From Alphaproteobacteria bacterium (GTDB lineage Bacteria > Pseudomonadota > Alphaproteobacteria > SP197), in NCBI GenBank assembly GCA_965207785.1, contig CBDBNO010000011.1, positions 140,664-204,663 on the forward strand: 64,000 nt of DNA. The letters are read 5' to 3'. Position numbers and translations under genes: made by a program. The notes under the pieces were generated by a model. That model did not search any database. It had not been told where the DNA came from and saw only the letters and a program-made list of their open reading frames with translations. Below, piece by piece: positions 54,747 to 64,000 of this stretch; position 1 is the stretch's first letter; each line of letters begins with the position of its first letter.

Positions 54747-56444
54747 CTAGTGCGCGGTCATCGGCCTGTCGGGACTCAGGCCAACGATTGGCGCCATTGC
54801 CTCGGGATCAACCGCGACGTCAATCACATAAGGCTCGCTGCAGGCGAGTCCGCGCTTGAGCGCACCGGCGACGGCACCTGGCTTGGTGACGCGCTCGCCC
54901 TGGCACTTCAGGCTTCTCGCCACCTCTGCGTAGTCGATGTCGAGGAAGTCGCATTCGCGGTGGACACCGTAAAGCTTGCGCTCGAAGTGCTTCTGGAACG
55001 CGAGGGTGCCGTTGTTCAGGACCACGACGACGACGGCTACGCCATAGCGCGCAGCCGTTTCCAGTTCGTTGAAGACATAGCCGAAGGCGCCGTCGCCCGT
55101 CAGGCAGAGCACCCTGCTCCCGGGCCTCGCCATCATTGCGCCGATCGCTGCGGGCAGCGACCAGCCTATACCGCCCGTACCCCGAGGCGAGATCATCGCT
55201 CGCCCGCCGCCCGGCGTGTCGATATGGCTCATGGCCCACCCGGTCACATAGCTTGCGTCCGTGACGATGATCGTGTCCTCGTCGATCAGCGCGGAAACCT
55301 CGCGCATCACCCGCTCGGGGCGAATGGGAGTCTGCTCCGACGTAAAGACCGCGCGCGTCCATGCGCGCCATTCGGCGCGCAGCGCGTCAAGCCGGGGGCG
55401 CGGATCAGCAGCCCGGGGGCAATCTCCCTCGACGGTCTCGCACAGGTCTCGCAGGACCTCCCGCGCGTCGCCCACGAGCCCCACATCGGTAGGGAAATTG
55501 CGTCCGATTTCCTGCGCGTCGACGTCGATTTGGACGATACGGCAGCCCGGGGCGGGGAGTGTCCAGTTCATGGAGCAGATCTGGCCGTTCCGGGACCCCG
55601 CGATCAGCACCGCGTCGGCATCACCGAGGATCGTGTTGGCGATCCGGCCGCGACCGTAGAGTCCGCCGGTCGAGGAACCCGAGACGCCGGCGCTCAGCGG
55701 ATGGCCGTCCGCGATCAGGCCCTTGCCGTTCATGGTGGTGGCGACAGGCGCGTTCAATGCCTCGGCGAGTTCGACAACCTCGTCAGCGGCACCGGAGATG
55801 ACCGCCCCGCCGCCTGCCAGGATGACTGGCCGCTCCGCTGCCAGCAGGATCCCGGCCGCCTCCGCGGTCGCGTCGCGCGAAGCGCGGCTGCGGGTCGACG
55901 GATAGTGCGTGTGCCGGCCTTCTATCTCAGCCTCGCTCCACTCGATCTCCGTTCCGATCACGTCAGGCGGGCACAGGACGACGACGGGTCCCGGTCGGCC
56001 GGAGGTCGAGATGCGGAAGGCGTGCATTGCCGTCTCAAGCGCGCGCGTCGGCGTCTCGATTCTGCCGACCCACTTGACGAAGGGGCCGAGACAGGCCTCG
56101 TGATGGATCTCGCTGGCCGCGTGACGCCCGCGATTTTCCGCAGGGATATCCTGCACGAAGGCGATAACGGGGTTCGACGACTTCTGCGCCTCCAGGAGCC
56201 CCGTGATCAGATTGGTCGCTCCCGGCCCGCAGGTCGCCAGGCACACGCCTGGCCGCCCGGTCGCTCTGGCGTATCCATGCGCCATGATGGCGCCGTGCTT
56301 CTCGTCGTGGACCGTTACGGTCCTGATCGAGTTGCCATCCAGGCCGTGTACGATCTCCACCGGGTCTTCCATGCCGAAGACGCACGTGACGCCGTGGGCC
56401 TTGAGCAGAGCCGCGATCGCCTTGCCGGCCGTTGTCCGCATCAC
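54747..56444 (-). CDS. thiamine-pyrophosphate-dependent enzyme (acetolactate synthase large subunit-like)
   Basis: 565 aa. Three TPP-enzyme domains, GDGAF motif. Confidence 0.75.
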   Translation of the reverse strand: MMRTTAGKAIAALLKAHGVTCVFGMEDPVEIVHGLDGNSIRTVTVHDEKHGAIMAHGYARATGRPGVCLATCGPGATNLITGLLEAQKSSNPVIAFVQDIPAENRGRHAASEIHHEACLGPFVKWVGRIETPTRALETAMHAFRISTSGRPGPVVVLCPPDVIGTEIEWSEAEIEGRHTHYPSTRSRASRDATAEAAGILLAAERPVILAGGGAVISGAADEVVELAEALNAPVATTMNGKGLIADGHPLSAGVSGSSTGGLYGRGRIANTILGDADAVLIAGSRNGQICSMNWTLPAPGCRIVQIDVDAQEIGRNFPTDVGLVGDAREVLRDLCETVEGDCPRAADPRPRLDALRAEWRAWTRAVFTSEQTPIRPERVMREVSALIDEDTIIVTDASYVTGWAMSHIDTPGGGRAMISPRGTGGIGWSLPAAIGAMMARPGSRVLCLTGDGAFGYVFNELETAARYGVAVVVVVLNNGTLAFQKHFERKLYGVHRECDFLDIDYAEVARSLKCQGERVTKPGAVAGALKRGLACSEPYVIDVAVDPEAMAPIVGLSPDRPMTAH

Positions 56445-56928
56445 CCGAATCCGCCTGGTTGCCCTGTGCCGCGGAACGGGAAGGGCAAACCACTGTGATG
56501 ACGCGTCTCAATGTCCTGCCCGGGAGTGCTGTTTCCGGCGGCGAGGCCGTACTTCAGGGACTCCGGCATTCCGTATCGTGGGAACGTGGTGGCCATGAGT
56601 TCCCTTGCCAGCACCCGGTACTGCAAGGTGCCCCCGGCCCTGGCCGGGAGATCGTCATCGCTCGCAGCGGCCAGCGGGAAACGCATCGATATCCTCTCGC
56701 AGATTCCCACGTCGCATCGAAGGTAGTACGGGCCATGGGGGTGATCAAGCGGCCATCGCGGCGGCGATGCCCGGAGTGATCAGGCGGTCACGGCCATGGC
56801 CGAGACCACACCGTCAGGGGCCACATGGCGTTCAGGTTGGAAGACAGGTCGGCATGCGGTCTGACCTCGGCGCCACGGATGCTGCGGCGGGACGGACTCC
56901 GCGGTGGCAGGGCCGTCCCCGGTCACGA

Positions 56929-57010
56929 TGCGTGGTCGGCTGCCGACCGGTCGGCCAGGCATTCGAAGACAGCAGCCGACGCGAGGCCGGTGCCGCCTGG
57001 ATAGTCGAAG
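56929..57010 (-). pseudogene. displaced duplicate of the 3' end of the tcuA-like gene (~85% identical to 57713..57804), including its stop codon
   Basis: Encodes FDYPGGTGLASAAVFECLADRSAADHAS*, against FNYPGGTGLTSGAVFGRLAGQSAAASAS* in the intact gene. Both copies begin with CCGGTCACGATGCG. Confidence 0.6.
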
Positions 57011-57016
57011 CAGGGA

Positions 57017-57104
57017 CGCATTCTCACCCTCTCATTCAACGATCCGGGCGATGTTGCGCCGGAGAACCTGCGTCCCGATGCCCGTCTCGAGCTCACGCCC
57101 GACA
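57017..57104 (+). pseudogene. GyrI-like domain gene fragment, ~85% nt identity to 52157..52244 of the AraC/GyrI regulator
   Basis: Direct nucleotide comparison (tcaccctctcattcaacgatccgggcgatgttgcgccggagaacctgcg... versus tcaccctctcgttcgacgatcccggcgacgttgcgccggggagcctgcg...). Confidence 0.45.
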
Positions 57105-57202
57105 CAGTCACGTCACGGAGTCCCCGAGCGAAGCTGGCAGCGGCGCCTGTCGTGGAATGATCTCCATATCGTGGAGTCAGCCGAGCGCTTCGAGCCGTGC
57201 CA

Positions 57203-57520
57203 TCAGGTCCGAGGGACCGCGGTGCTCGTCCGGGACAGCGGGAAGGGCTCACGGCCGGGGTGCACGACGAATCGCTCATCCACCTCGAGATCGGAGGCGG
57301 CGAGTTCGAATCCCTTTCCGGTCCTGGGCGCGGCGCTTCGCTTTATCTCGACCGCCCACAGGCGGCGGTCGGGCATGTTCAGTAGGAGATCGATCTCCGC
57401 TCCCGCCCGGGTGCGGTAGAACCAGGCGTCCGTCCCGAAGGGCGCGGCCGCGATCAGATTCTCGATCGCGTAGCCTTCCCAGCTTGCCCCGTTCACCACC
57501 GGATCGGGAGAATGCGCAAG
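57203..57520 (-). pseudogene. C-terminal DUF4143-domain fragment of an AAA+ ATPase (gene remnant)
   Basis: ...VVNGASWEGYAIENLIAAAPFGTDAWFYRTRAGAEIDLLLNMPDRRLWAVEIKRSAAPRTGKGFELAASDLEVDERFVV matches the DUF4143 C-terminal module. No ATPase domain is present. Confidence 0.4.
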
Positions 57521-57536
57521 CACGTCGCGCAACCCG

Positions 57537-57645
57537 GCAAGGGAAGCAGGATGTCGCCGCAGCAAAGTCTCCGATCTGCGCTGGCGCGACATGGGCCAAG
57601 GCGTCATCACGCTCAGCGATTCGAAGACCGGGCCGGGCAGACAAG
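57537..57645 (+). pseudogene. tyrosine-integrase fragment homologous to the catalytic-box region of the island integrases
   Basis: AREAGCRRSKVSDLRWRDMGQGVITLSDSKTGPGRQ, against int1 TGCRSAEIVTLRWREYRDGHLHLADSKTGPRM and int2 TGCRRNEIVRLRRDEVAGTRLRLRDSKTGPRT. Only ~36 codons remain. Confidence 0.5.
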
Positions 57646-57716
57646 GGAGGTCTGCGTGCAGTCTGGCGCGGCAAAGCTCCGCGGCCTGCCGGTTCCGGAG
57701 GCCGTAGAGCCTCCGG

Positions 57717-59204
57717 TCACGATGCGCTGGCGGCTGCCGACTGGCCGGCCAGGCGTCCGAAGACCGCACCCGACGTGAGACCGGTGCCGCCTGGATAGTT
57801 GAAGTAAAAGAGGCCACCGACGAGCTCACCGGCTGCAAGGAGGCCGTCGATTGGCCTGAGATCGCCGTCGAGAACGTTGGCGGCGGTGTCAATGCGCAGG
57901 CCGCCAAACGTGAAGGTGACACCGCAGGTGACGGCATAAGCCTCGAAGGGAGGCTCATCGATGGTGTTGGCCCAGTTCGACTTGGGGATGGCCAGCCCTT
58001 CGGTGGACCGTCCGTCCCTGACCGAGGGGTCGAAGGCGATGTCCTGCCGGACGGCGGCATTGAAGGACCGGATCGTGGCCAGGGCCGCTACGCCGTCGAC
58101 ACCCGACATGCGCGAGACGAGATCCTCGAGGGTCGGGGCGCGAACCCGTGTCACCTGGCGTATGCGGTACTCGTCCCGCAGCAGTCCGGACACCTTGGCA
58201 TCGAAGACCTGCCAGGCGAGCTGCTCGGGCTGGTTGAGGATCTCGGCGCCGTACTTCGCATAGGTGTAGTTCCGAAAATCGGCGCCTTCGTCGAGGAATC
58301 TCTCTCCTCTCGCGTTGATCATGACGGAGAAGGGATAGGAGTGCTTCTGGAAGCCGTCGCCAACGGAAAGGTCGCCGAACTCCGGGGCATTGAGGTCCCA
58401 GGCGACGGCGTGGCACCCCGACCAGTGCCCAAAGGGCGCGGCGCCGATGTCGAGGGCCATGCGGATGCCGTCGCCCGTATTGAAACGGCTGCCGCGCACC
58501 CGTGCCAGATCCCAGCCCGGGCCGAGGTAACGGGCGCGCCATTCGTGGTTCGCCTCGAAGCCGCCGCAGGCCAGCACAACCGCTCCCGCGGCAATGGTAC
58601 GGAACGCACCGTCGTGCAACACCCTGACGCCGGTAACCCGGGTGTCCTTCCTGACAAGTTCGACGGCCCTGGCTTCGTGGATGAGACGGATTCCAGCCTT
58701 CCGGGCGGCCCGTGAAAGACCGTCCACCAGTCCCTCGCCGCCGCCGGCCACCTCGACGGCAAGTCCCCCCCAGAACCGGAAACGCCCGTCGACTTCGAAC
58801 GCCTGGCGTCCCCACATCGGCTGGAACCGGATGCCCTTGGAACGCATCCACAAAAGAGTCTCGCGACTTCTCGTCACAAGGTAGTCCGCGAGGTCGGGGT
58901 CGCAGCGGTAGCGGGTCACGCGTCCCATGTCGTCAAGAAAGTCTTCCCTGCTGTAGGTGCCGAAGTCGGACCGGGCAATCTCCTCGTCGGACAGATCAGG
59001 CATGAGTGTCCTGAGGTCCCCGATCCCGTCATAGACCGTCCGCATGGCGCCGGCCGTGAACCGGCTGTTGCCGCCAGACTCTTCGGCGGGGGCGCGTTCG
59101 ATCATGAGGACATTGCTGCCGGCATCGTTGGCGCCGAGTGCCGCGCAATGGGCGGCGTTGCCACCTCCGATGACGATGACGTCGGCCCTTGCCGGTACGG
59201 TCAT
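57717..59204 (-). CDS. FAD-dependent tricarballylate dehydrogenase (TcuA)-like flavoprotein
   Basis: 495 aa. N-terminal VIVIGGGNAAHCAAL FAD motif. TcuA/fumarate-reductase flavoprotein family layout. Start overlaps the cobB stop. Confidence 0.7.
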   Translation of the reverse strand: MTVPARADVIVIGGGNAAHCAALGANDAGSNVLMIERAPAEESGGNSRFTAGAMRTVYDGIGDLRTLMPDLSDEEIARSDFGTYSREDFLDDMGRVTRYRCDPDLADYLVTRSRETLLWMRSKGIRFQPMWGRQAFEVDGRFRFWGGLAVEVAGGGEGLVDGLSRAARKAGIRLIHEARAVELVRKDTRVTGVRVLHDGAFRTIAAGAVVLACGGFEANHEWRARYLGPGWDLARVRGSRFNTGDGIRMALDIGAAPFGHWSGCHAVAWDLNAPEFGDLSVGDGFQKHSYPFSVMINARGERFLDEGADFRNYTYAKYGAEILNQPEQLAWQVFDAKVSGLLRDEYRIRQVTRVRAPTLEDLVSRMSGVDGVAALATIRSFNAAVRQDIAFDPSVRDGRSTEGLAIPKSNWANTIDEPPFEAYAVTCGVTFTFGGLRIDTAANVLDGDLRPIDGLLAAGELVGGLFYFNYPGGTGLTSGAVFGRLAGQSAAASAS

Positions 59205-60511
59205 GACGTCGGCCCTTCCTCGCGGTCAATGATGTGCATGAACGACGCGGCGACGTTGCCGTTGACGGCGCCGCTTGCGCCGAGATCGCGCCCGTTCGCG
59301 TCGCTGGCGAAGAAGAGAGGAGACGCTGCCGAGGAGGTCTCGCAGGCGTAGTGGAATTCATGGCCGCGCCAGATGCGCCCGGCCTTGCCCAACGGACCGT
59401 TGGACGCGAGGACCATGCGTCGATACCCCAGGTGCCGGCGGGGCGCACGCATGGAGACGGTGATCGGCAGCAGACCGGCCATGGCATGGGTATGGCCTTC
59501 CATGTCCGTGAGCTGTCGGCCCAGCACCATGTAGCCGCCGCACTCGCCGTAGATCACGCAACCCCGGTCCGCAGCGCGTCTCAGGCCAGCCAAAAAGGTC
59601 CGGCCGGCGGCCAGCCTGCCGGCGTGGAGTTCAGGGTAGCCGCCCGGCAGATAGACGGCGTCGGCCGTCTCGTCGGGAGGCTCGTCCTCCAGCGGGGAAA
59701 ACAACAGGATCTCGGCACCGGCATCCCGCCACGCCTGTGTCAGCGATGTATAGAAAAAGGAGAAGGCACCATCGCAGGCAATGGCGATTCTCTGGCCCGG
59801 AGGCGCCAGGGGAACCGGATCCGTGTTGTTCGTCACCGCGATGGGTCGCGCCAGTGCGATCATGCCGTCCACGTCCACACCAGCTGCGATACACGTGGCG
59901 GCGTGATCGATGATGCCGGGATCACCGTCATGGGCCTGAACGAGGCCGAGATGCCGATGCGCCACGACGAGGCGGTCATCCCTGTCGACGTGACCGAGGA
60001 CGGTCGCAACACCCTCGAGAGCACGGGAAAGCATCTTCCGGTGGGTGTCACCCGCTGTCCGGTTCAAAATGACGCCGGCCATGTCGATATCGGGACGGTG
60101 ATCGCGGAATCCGGCGACGGTAGCCGCCACAGATTGCGCCTGTCCGCTGACGTCGATGACGAGAACGACTGGCAGGTCAAGGAATCGCGAGGCGTCGGCT
60201 GTCGACCCCTCGCCCGAGAGACTGGCGTCAAAAAGGCCCATCGCTCCCTCACCGATGACGAGATCCGCGCCATCGGTACAGCGCCGGAACGCGGCACGTG
60301 CCGTGGCCGGTCTCATGGCCCACAGGTCGATGTTGTGGCTGGCGCGGCCGGATGCGGCGGCATGATAGCCTCCGTCGATGTAGTCCGGACCGACCTTGAA
60401 GGATGATACCGCATACCCCCGCCTGGAGAGCGCCCGGATGAGGGCTGACGTGATGATCGTCTTGCCGGCGCCGCTTCGGGTTGCCGAGATGATGAGACCG
60501 CGCGCCGCCAT
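59201..60511 (-). CDS. cobB: cobyrinic acid a,c-diamide synthase
   Basis: 436 aa. N-terminal ATPase (SGAGKT) and C-terminal glutamine amidotransferase domain. Confidence 0.8.
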   Translation of the reverse strand: MAARGLIISATRSGAGKTIITSALIRALSRRGYAVSSFKVGPDYIDGGYHAAASGRASHNIDLWAMRPATARAAFRRCTDGADLVIGEGAMGLFDASLSGEGSTADASRFLDLPVVLVIDVSGQAQSVAATVAGFRDHRPDIDMAGVILNRTAGDTHRKMLSRALEGVATVLGHVDRDDRLVVAHRHLGLVQAHDGDPGIIDHAATCIAAGVDVDGMIALARPIAVTNNTDPVPLAPPGQRIAIACDGAFSFFYTSLTQAWRDAGAEILLFSPLEDEPPDETADAVYLPGGYPELHAGRLAAGRTFLAGLRRAADRGCVIYGECGGYMVLGRQLTDMEGHTHAMAGLLPITVSMRAPRRHLGYRRMVLASNGPLGKAGRIWRGHEFHYACETSSAASPLFFASDANGRDLGASGAVNGNVAASFMHIIDREEGPTS

Positions 60512-61347
60512 CAGACGGCCTCCCTGGAGGTGTCCGTGCCGAGCGGGTCCGCAACCAGGATGCGTCCCTCCATGGCGCCCATCCAGTCGAGACCGGCGCG
60601 CAACCGGACGAACGCGCCGATGGCGACGATCGCCGGCGCGTCGAGATCCCGCGAATCGACAGCAGCATTGGCGAGGGTCGTCTCGATCACTTTCTGGTGG
60701 CGGGTGGTGGCGCGGCTGATAATGGCCACCGGCGTATCGCTGGCGAGGCCCGCCCCGACGAGGCGGTCGGCGATGGACGCGAGTCGCGCCAGAGCCATGT
60801 AGATGACGAGCGCGTGACCGGGAGCGGCGAGGGCGGTCCAGTCGAGACCGTCGGGAATGTCTCCGCCCGCCAGGCGCCCGGTGATGAAAGTGATGGCATG
60901 ATTGGTGTGGCGATCCGTTGCCGGAATGCCGGCCACGGACAAGCCGCCGATACCCGCAGTGATCCCCGGGATGACACGGAACGGGATGCCAGCAGCAACA
61001 AGGGCGAGAGCCTCCTCACCGCCCCGTCCGAAGACGAAGGGGTCACCACCCTTGAGCCGCAGGACTTTCTTTCCCGACCGGGCGAGTTCGATGAGCCGCC
61101 GAGAGATGTCGGGCTGTCCGGGAGACGGTCTGCCGCCGCGTTTTCCGGCATGGATGAGTTGCGCTCCAGGGCGTGCCAGCCTCAGAACGCCATCGTCGAC
61201 GAGGGCGTCATGAACGATGCAATCGGCTTCGCCCAGGGCATGGTGTGCCAGAAGGGTGAGAAGGCAGGGGTCGCCCGGTCCGGCACCGGCGAGCCACACC
61301 CATCCGGCCTCGAAGGCAGGCATGGGCGGCAGCGGGGAATGCGGCAT
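60511..61347 (-). CDS. cobA: uroporphyrinogen-III C-methyltransferase (SUMT)
   Basis: 278 aa. Tetrapyrrole methylase fold (VWLAGAGPGDPCLLT, GGDPFVFGRGGEE). Confidence 0.8.
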   Translation of the reverse strand: MPHSPLPPMPAFEAGWVWLAGAGPGDPCLLTLLAHHALGEADCIVHDALVDDGVLRLARPGAQLIHAGKRGGRPSPGQPDISRRLIELARSGKKVLRLKGGDPFVFGRGGEEALALVAAGIPFRVIPGITAGIGGLSVAGIPATDRHTNHAITFITGRLAGGDIPDGLDWTALAAPGHALVIYMALARLASIADRLVGAGLASDTPVAIISRATTRHQKVIETTLANAAVDSRDLDAPAIVAIGAFVRLRAGLDWMGAMEGRILVADPLGTDTSREAV

Positions 61348-61424
61348 CAGTCACCCCTCGCAACATTGGTGCGACAGACGATCCATAATCGCATTCTCTT
61401 GCGAATTCATCACCACGCGACACA

Positions 61425-62537
61425 ATGTCCCCACAATCGATGTCCGGTGCGGCGGGAGACATGGCGAAGGATGCCTTGCGCAAGGGGTGGACCACCGGAG
61501 CCTGCGCCGCCGCGGCGGCCGCGGCGGCCTACGAGGCGCTGACCACCGGCACGTTCCCGGATCCGGTTCGGATCACCCTGCCAGGTGGCAGGGAGGCAGG
61601 GTTTCCGCTGGCATCGCACCACCTTGGCCATGGTGAGGCTCGGGCATCGGTGATCAAGGACGCCGGCGATGATCCCGATGTCACCCACGGTGCGGAAATC
61701 GTCGTCACCGTGAAGGCCGGTGAAGCGGGAATCGGCGTGGTCTTTCGTGCCGGAGAGGGTGTCGGCACCGTGACCAAGGCGGGATTGCCCGTCGCGCCTG
61801 GCGAGCCTGCGATCAATCCGCGGCCTCGTGAGATCATGACCGAGGCCATCCGCAAGCTTGCCTGGCGCCATGGCGGAACCGCCGACGTCGTTCTCACCAT
61901 CGGCGTCGTCGACGGCGAAGCCCTGGCCCGCAAGACGTGGAATCCGCGACTCGGCATCAAGGGAGGGTTGTCGATTCTCGGGACCACAGGAATCGTCATT
62001 CCCTATTCCTGCTCGGCCTGGATCCATGCCATCCACAGAGGCATCGACGTTGCCCGTGCCGAAGGCCTCGAACACCTCGCAGGGGCCACAGGAAGAACCT
62101 CCGAGACGGCCGTCCGGAGTTTTCATTCCCTGCCCGAGGCCAGCCTCATCGACATGGGAGACTTTGCCGGAGGCATGTTGAAGTACCTGCGCCGCCATCC
62201 GGTTCCCAGAGTGTCGATTGCCGGGGGATTCGCCAAGATGACGAAGCTGGCGCAGGGAGCCCTCGACCTTCATTCGGCGAGGAGTCAGGTGGATTTCGGC
62301 CTGCTTGCCACCATGGCGAGTGAGGCGGGAGCCGATGCCGGACTGGCGCGACACGTGGCCGCATCGACAAGCGCCGGGGAGGCCCTTGGACTGGCACGCG
62401 AAGCCGGTTTGCCCCTGGCCGATCAGGTAGCTGGCGGCGCCCGGCAAACGGCACTGGCCACTCTGGCTGGTGGCGTTTCCGTGGACGTGATCGTCATCGA
62501 TCGTTCGGGCACCATCGTCGGCCAGGCGGGTCCGTGA
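61425..62537 (+). CDS. cbiD: cobalt-precorrin-5B (C1)-methyltransferase CbiD family
   Basis: WTTGACAAAAAAAA motif and CbiD-family length. Start may be the internal Met at 61461. Confidence 0.7.
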   Translation: MSPQSMSGAAGDMAKDALRKGWTTGACAAAAAAAAYEALTTGTFPDPVRITLPGGREAGFPLASHHLGHGEARASVIKDAGDDPDVTHGAEIVVTVKAGEAGIGVVFRAGEGVGTVTKAGLPVAPGEPAINPRPREIMTEAIRKLAWRHGGTADVVLTIGVVDGEALARKTWNPRLGIKGGLSILGTTGIVIPYSCSAWIHAIHRGIDVARAEGLEHLAGATGRTSETAVRSFHSLPEASLIDMGDFAGGMLKYLRRHPVPRVSIAGGFAKMTKLAQGALDLHSARSQVDFGLLATMASEAGADAGLARHVAASTSAGEALGLAREAGLPLADQVAGGARQTALATLAGGVSVDVIVIDRSGTIVGQAGP

Positions 62538-63289
62538 CCCGCATTCTCATCCTCGGCGGGACCGCGGAGGCCGTGGCGTTGGCGAGGGGCATCGCCGAAC
62601 GGGCTCCCGGGGTCGACGTCGTGACGTCGCTGGCGGGTGTTCTTGACGGGACTCCGGATCTTCCCGGACGCCTCCGGCGTGGAGGATTCGGGGGCGCCGA
62701 CGGCCTCGCCCGCTATCTCGACGATGAACGCATCGATGCTCTTGTCGATGCGACCCATCCCTTCGCCCGCATCATGGCCGCTACCGCCTGCACGGCGGCC
62801 TGCCGGTCGGGGGTGCCGAGAATCAAGCTGGTAAGGCCGATGTGGAACAGGATGCCCGGTGATTGCTGGATCGTGGTCGATGATCTCGATGCCGCCGTCG
62901 ACGCCCTGAAAACACTCGCTCCGCCAGTGGCCCTGATCACGCTGGGAAGCCGAGCCGTGGAGTCCTTCCGCTGCATCGATGGCATGCGGCTCATCTTCCG
63001 CATGATCGCTCCGCCGAAGGAACCTCTGCCGAAACCAGCCATGGAGGTCCTGCTGCAGCGGGGACCGTTCGACGTGGAAGGGGAGAAGGCGCTGATGACG
63101 GATCGCCGCATCGGTGCACTGGTCACGCGGGCGAGCGGTGGCGGAGCGACCGAAGCCAAGATCAGGGCCGCCGGCGTTTTTCAGCTCCCGGTAATCATGA
63201 TCCGCCGTCCCGCCGTTCCGGAAGGCCCGGTGACGGCCACCGCGGATGGTGTTCTGGACTGGCTCCGCGAGGGAGGATTCGCCGGATAG
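62534..63289 (+). CDS. cobK: precorrin-6A / cobalt-precorrin-6A reductase
   Basis: MTRILILGGTAEA N-terminus typical of CobK/CbiJ. GTGA overlap with cbiD. Confidence 0.75.
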   Translation: MTRILILGGTAEAVALARGIAERAPGVDVVTSLAGVLDGTPDLPGRLRRGGFGGADGLARYLDDERIDALVDATHPFARIMAATACTAACRSGVPRIKLVRPMWNRMPGDCWIVVDDLDAAVDALKTLAPPVALITLGSRAVESFRCIDGMRLIFRMIAPPKEPLPKPAMEVLLQRGPFDVEGEKALMTDRRIGALVTRASGGGATEAKIRAAGVFQLPVIMIRRPAVPEGPVTATADGVLDWLREGGFAG

Positions 63290-63365
63290 ACAGGGCGCTC
63301 GTGACTGTCTATTCCGACAGTTGCTTATGTGGTGAGGCCTTCAACGGCAAGATGGGAGACATGTC

Positions 63366-64000
63366 ATGCTGCCAACCGTTTCCAGAATCGTCGATCTCAG
63401 TCACCCGATGTACTCCAACATGCCGAACATCGGCGGACAGGTGACATTCTTCCCTCTCGATGATCACGCCTATCTTTCGCAGATCACCGGCGGCAGGATG
63501 GCGATGGAGAGCCGCATGATCCTCATGCCCGAGCACTGCGGCACCCATCTTGACGTGCCGAGGCACTGTGATGCCGACGGCCTGAGTGTTGATCAGGTTC
63601 CCCTGGAACACCTGGTGCTGCCCGGCCATATGCTTGACCTGCGTCACCGGCAGAACGGTGAGGCGATCACCATTGCCGATCTCGAGGAAGCGGAACGCAG
63701 GAGCTCACGCACCATCGGTCCGGATGCAGCCTGCATCGTGTGGACGGGAACCTCGAAGGACTGGGGCAAGGACGACTTCGCCATGAACCGTCCCTTTGTC
63801 CCGGTCGACGCGGCCCAGTGGCTGGTGGACCGCGGCATCAGGCTCTTGTGCACCGACCTCATCGGCATGGACGATCCGTCCGAGTGGTGGTGGCCGACTC
63901 ACGCGGTATGGAACACCCAGGGCGTGTGCATGGTCCAGCAACTGTGCAATCTCGAGGCGCTGGAGGGCGAGGATTTCCTCTTTGTCTGTCTTCCGCTCGC
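63366..64000 (+). CDS. cyclase-family (kynurenine formamidase-like) protein, 3' end beyond window
   Basis: MLPTVSRIVDLSHPMYSNMP... with HCGTHLDVPRH metal motif of the putative cyclase family. No stop before the window end. Confidence 0.6.
   Translation, partial: MLPTVSRIVDLSHPMYSNMPNIGGQVTFFPLDDHAYLSQITGGRMAMESRMILMPEHCGTHLDVPRHCDADGLSVDQVPLEHLVLPGHMLDLRHRQNGEAITIADLEEAERRSSRTIGPDAACIVWTGTSKDWGKDDFAMNRPFVPVDAAQWLVDRGIRLLCTDLIGMDDPSEWWWPTHAVWNTQGVCMVQQLCNLEALEGEDFLFVCLPL

Noticed and set aside
56605-57798. 397-aa plus ORF and other long ORFs across 56450-57700
   Set aside because: They span a patchwork of gene fragments (duplicated tcuA 3' end, GyrI fragment, integrase fragment), and are read-through frames rather than genes.
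61348-61424. Cobalamin riboswitch between divergent cobA and cbiD
   Set aside because: The intergenic region is only ~77-110 nt, too short for the ~200-nt cobalamin element, and I could not recognise a B12-box.

Overview
A 64-kb, high-GC (~65-68%) window with a gene set that looks alphaproteobacterial, probably Rhizobiales. Almost every gene is a catabolic enzyme or transporter, and many adjacent genes overlap by ATGA/GTGA, which suggests operons. The backbone carries a large minus-strand cluster for breaking down a cyclic amide, and this cluster has no regulator gene inside it. Its genes are a FAD-linked oxidase, a cytosine-deaminase-like amidohydrolase, a TauD/TfdA dioxygenase, a D-hydantoinase, an Ldh_2 dehydrogenase, two DUF1989 paralogs, an ABC transporter of the nitrate/sulfonate/taurine (NitT/TauT) family, and two divergent hyuA/hyuB pairs with a class-III aminotransferase, a GST and a DUF3830 protein. 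Further on come a KefC-like antiporter, a malic enzyme, metY, a block of a glutamine-synthetase-like protein, a MetX-like protein and an alanine-racemase-fold enzyme, and an MttB-like methyltransferase followed by an Old-Yellow-Enzyme-type flavin/FAD oxidoreductase and a thiamine-pyrophosphate (TPP) enzyme. The window ends with an AraC/GyrI regulator next to a fumarylacetoacetate-hydrolase-family enzyme, a flavin monooxygenase and a second TPP enzyme, then a TcuA-like flavoenzyme fused to cobalamin genes (cobB, cobA, cbiD, cobK). The main discovery is a roughly 10.4-kb integrated element (4241..14707) flanked by an exact 17-bp direct repeat. It splits the 5' end of the hydantoinase gene, and joining the two pieces restores a perfect hydantoinase N-terminus. 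The element carries two tandem, translationally coupled P4-like tyrosine recombinases whose catalytic residues all look intact. Its main cargo is a 1,993-aa Calx-beta-repeat autotransporter adhesin with a TTG start, an internal array of ~321-bp repeats and a lower-GC N-terminal region. An 8-bp repeat (GGCGACCC, about 14.7 copies) lies 168-285 bp upstream of the adhesin start and is a candidate phase-variation tract. Two paralogous 111-aa ribbon-helix-helix proteins, an ornithine carbamoyltransferase gene fragment and an AT-rich end complete the element. A second, decayed relic of a related element lies at 56929..57716. It holds a fragment of a homologous integrase, an ATPase fragment, a GyrI-domain fragment and a displaced ~85%-identical copy of the 3' end of the adjacent tcuA-like gene, which implies these elements repeatedly insert into the ends of protein-coding genes. 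An IS21 istB remnant lies at ~30.95-31.6 kb. No rRNA, tRNA or CRISPR was found.
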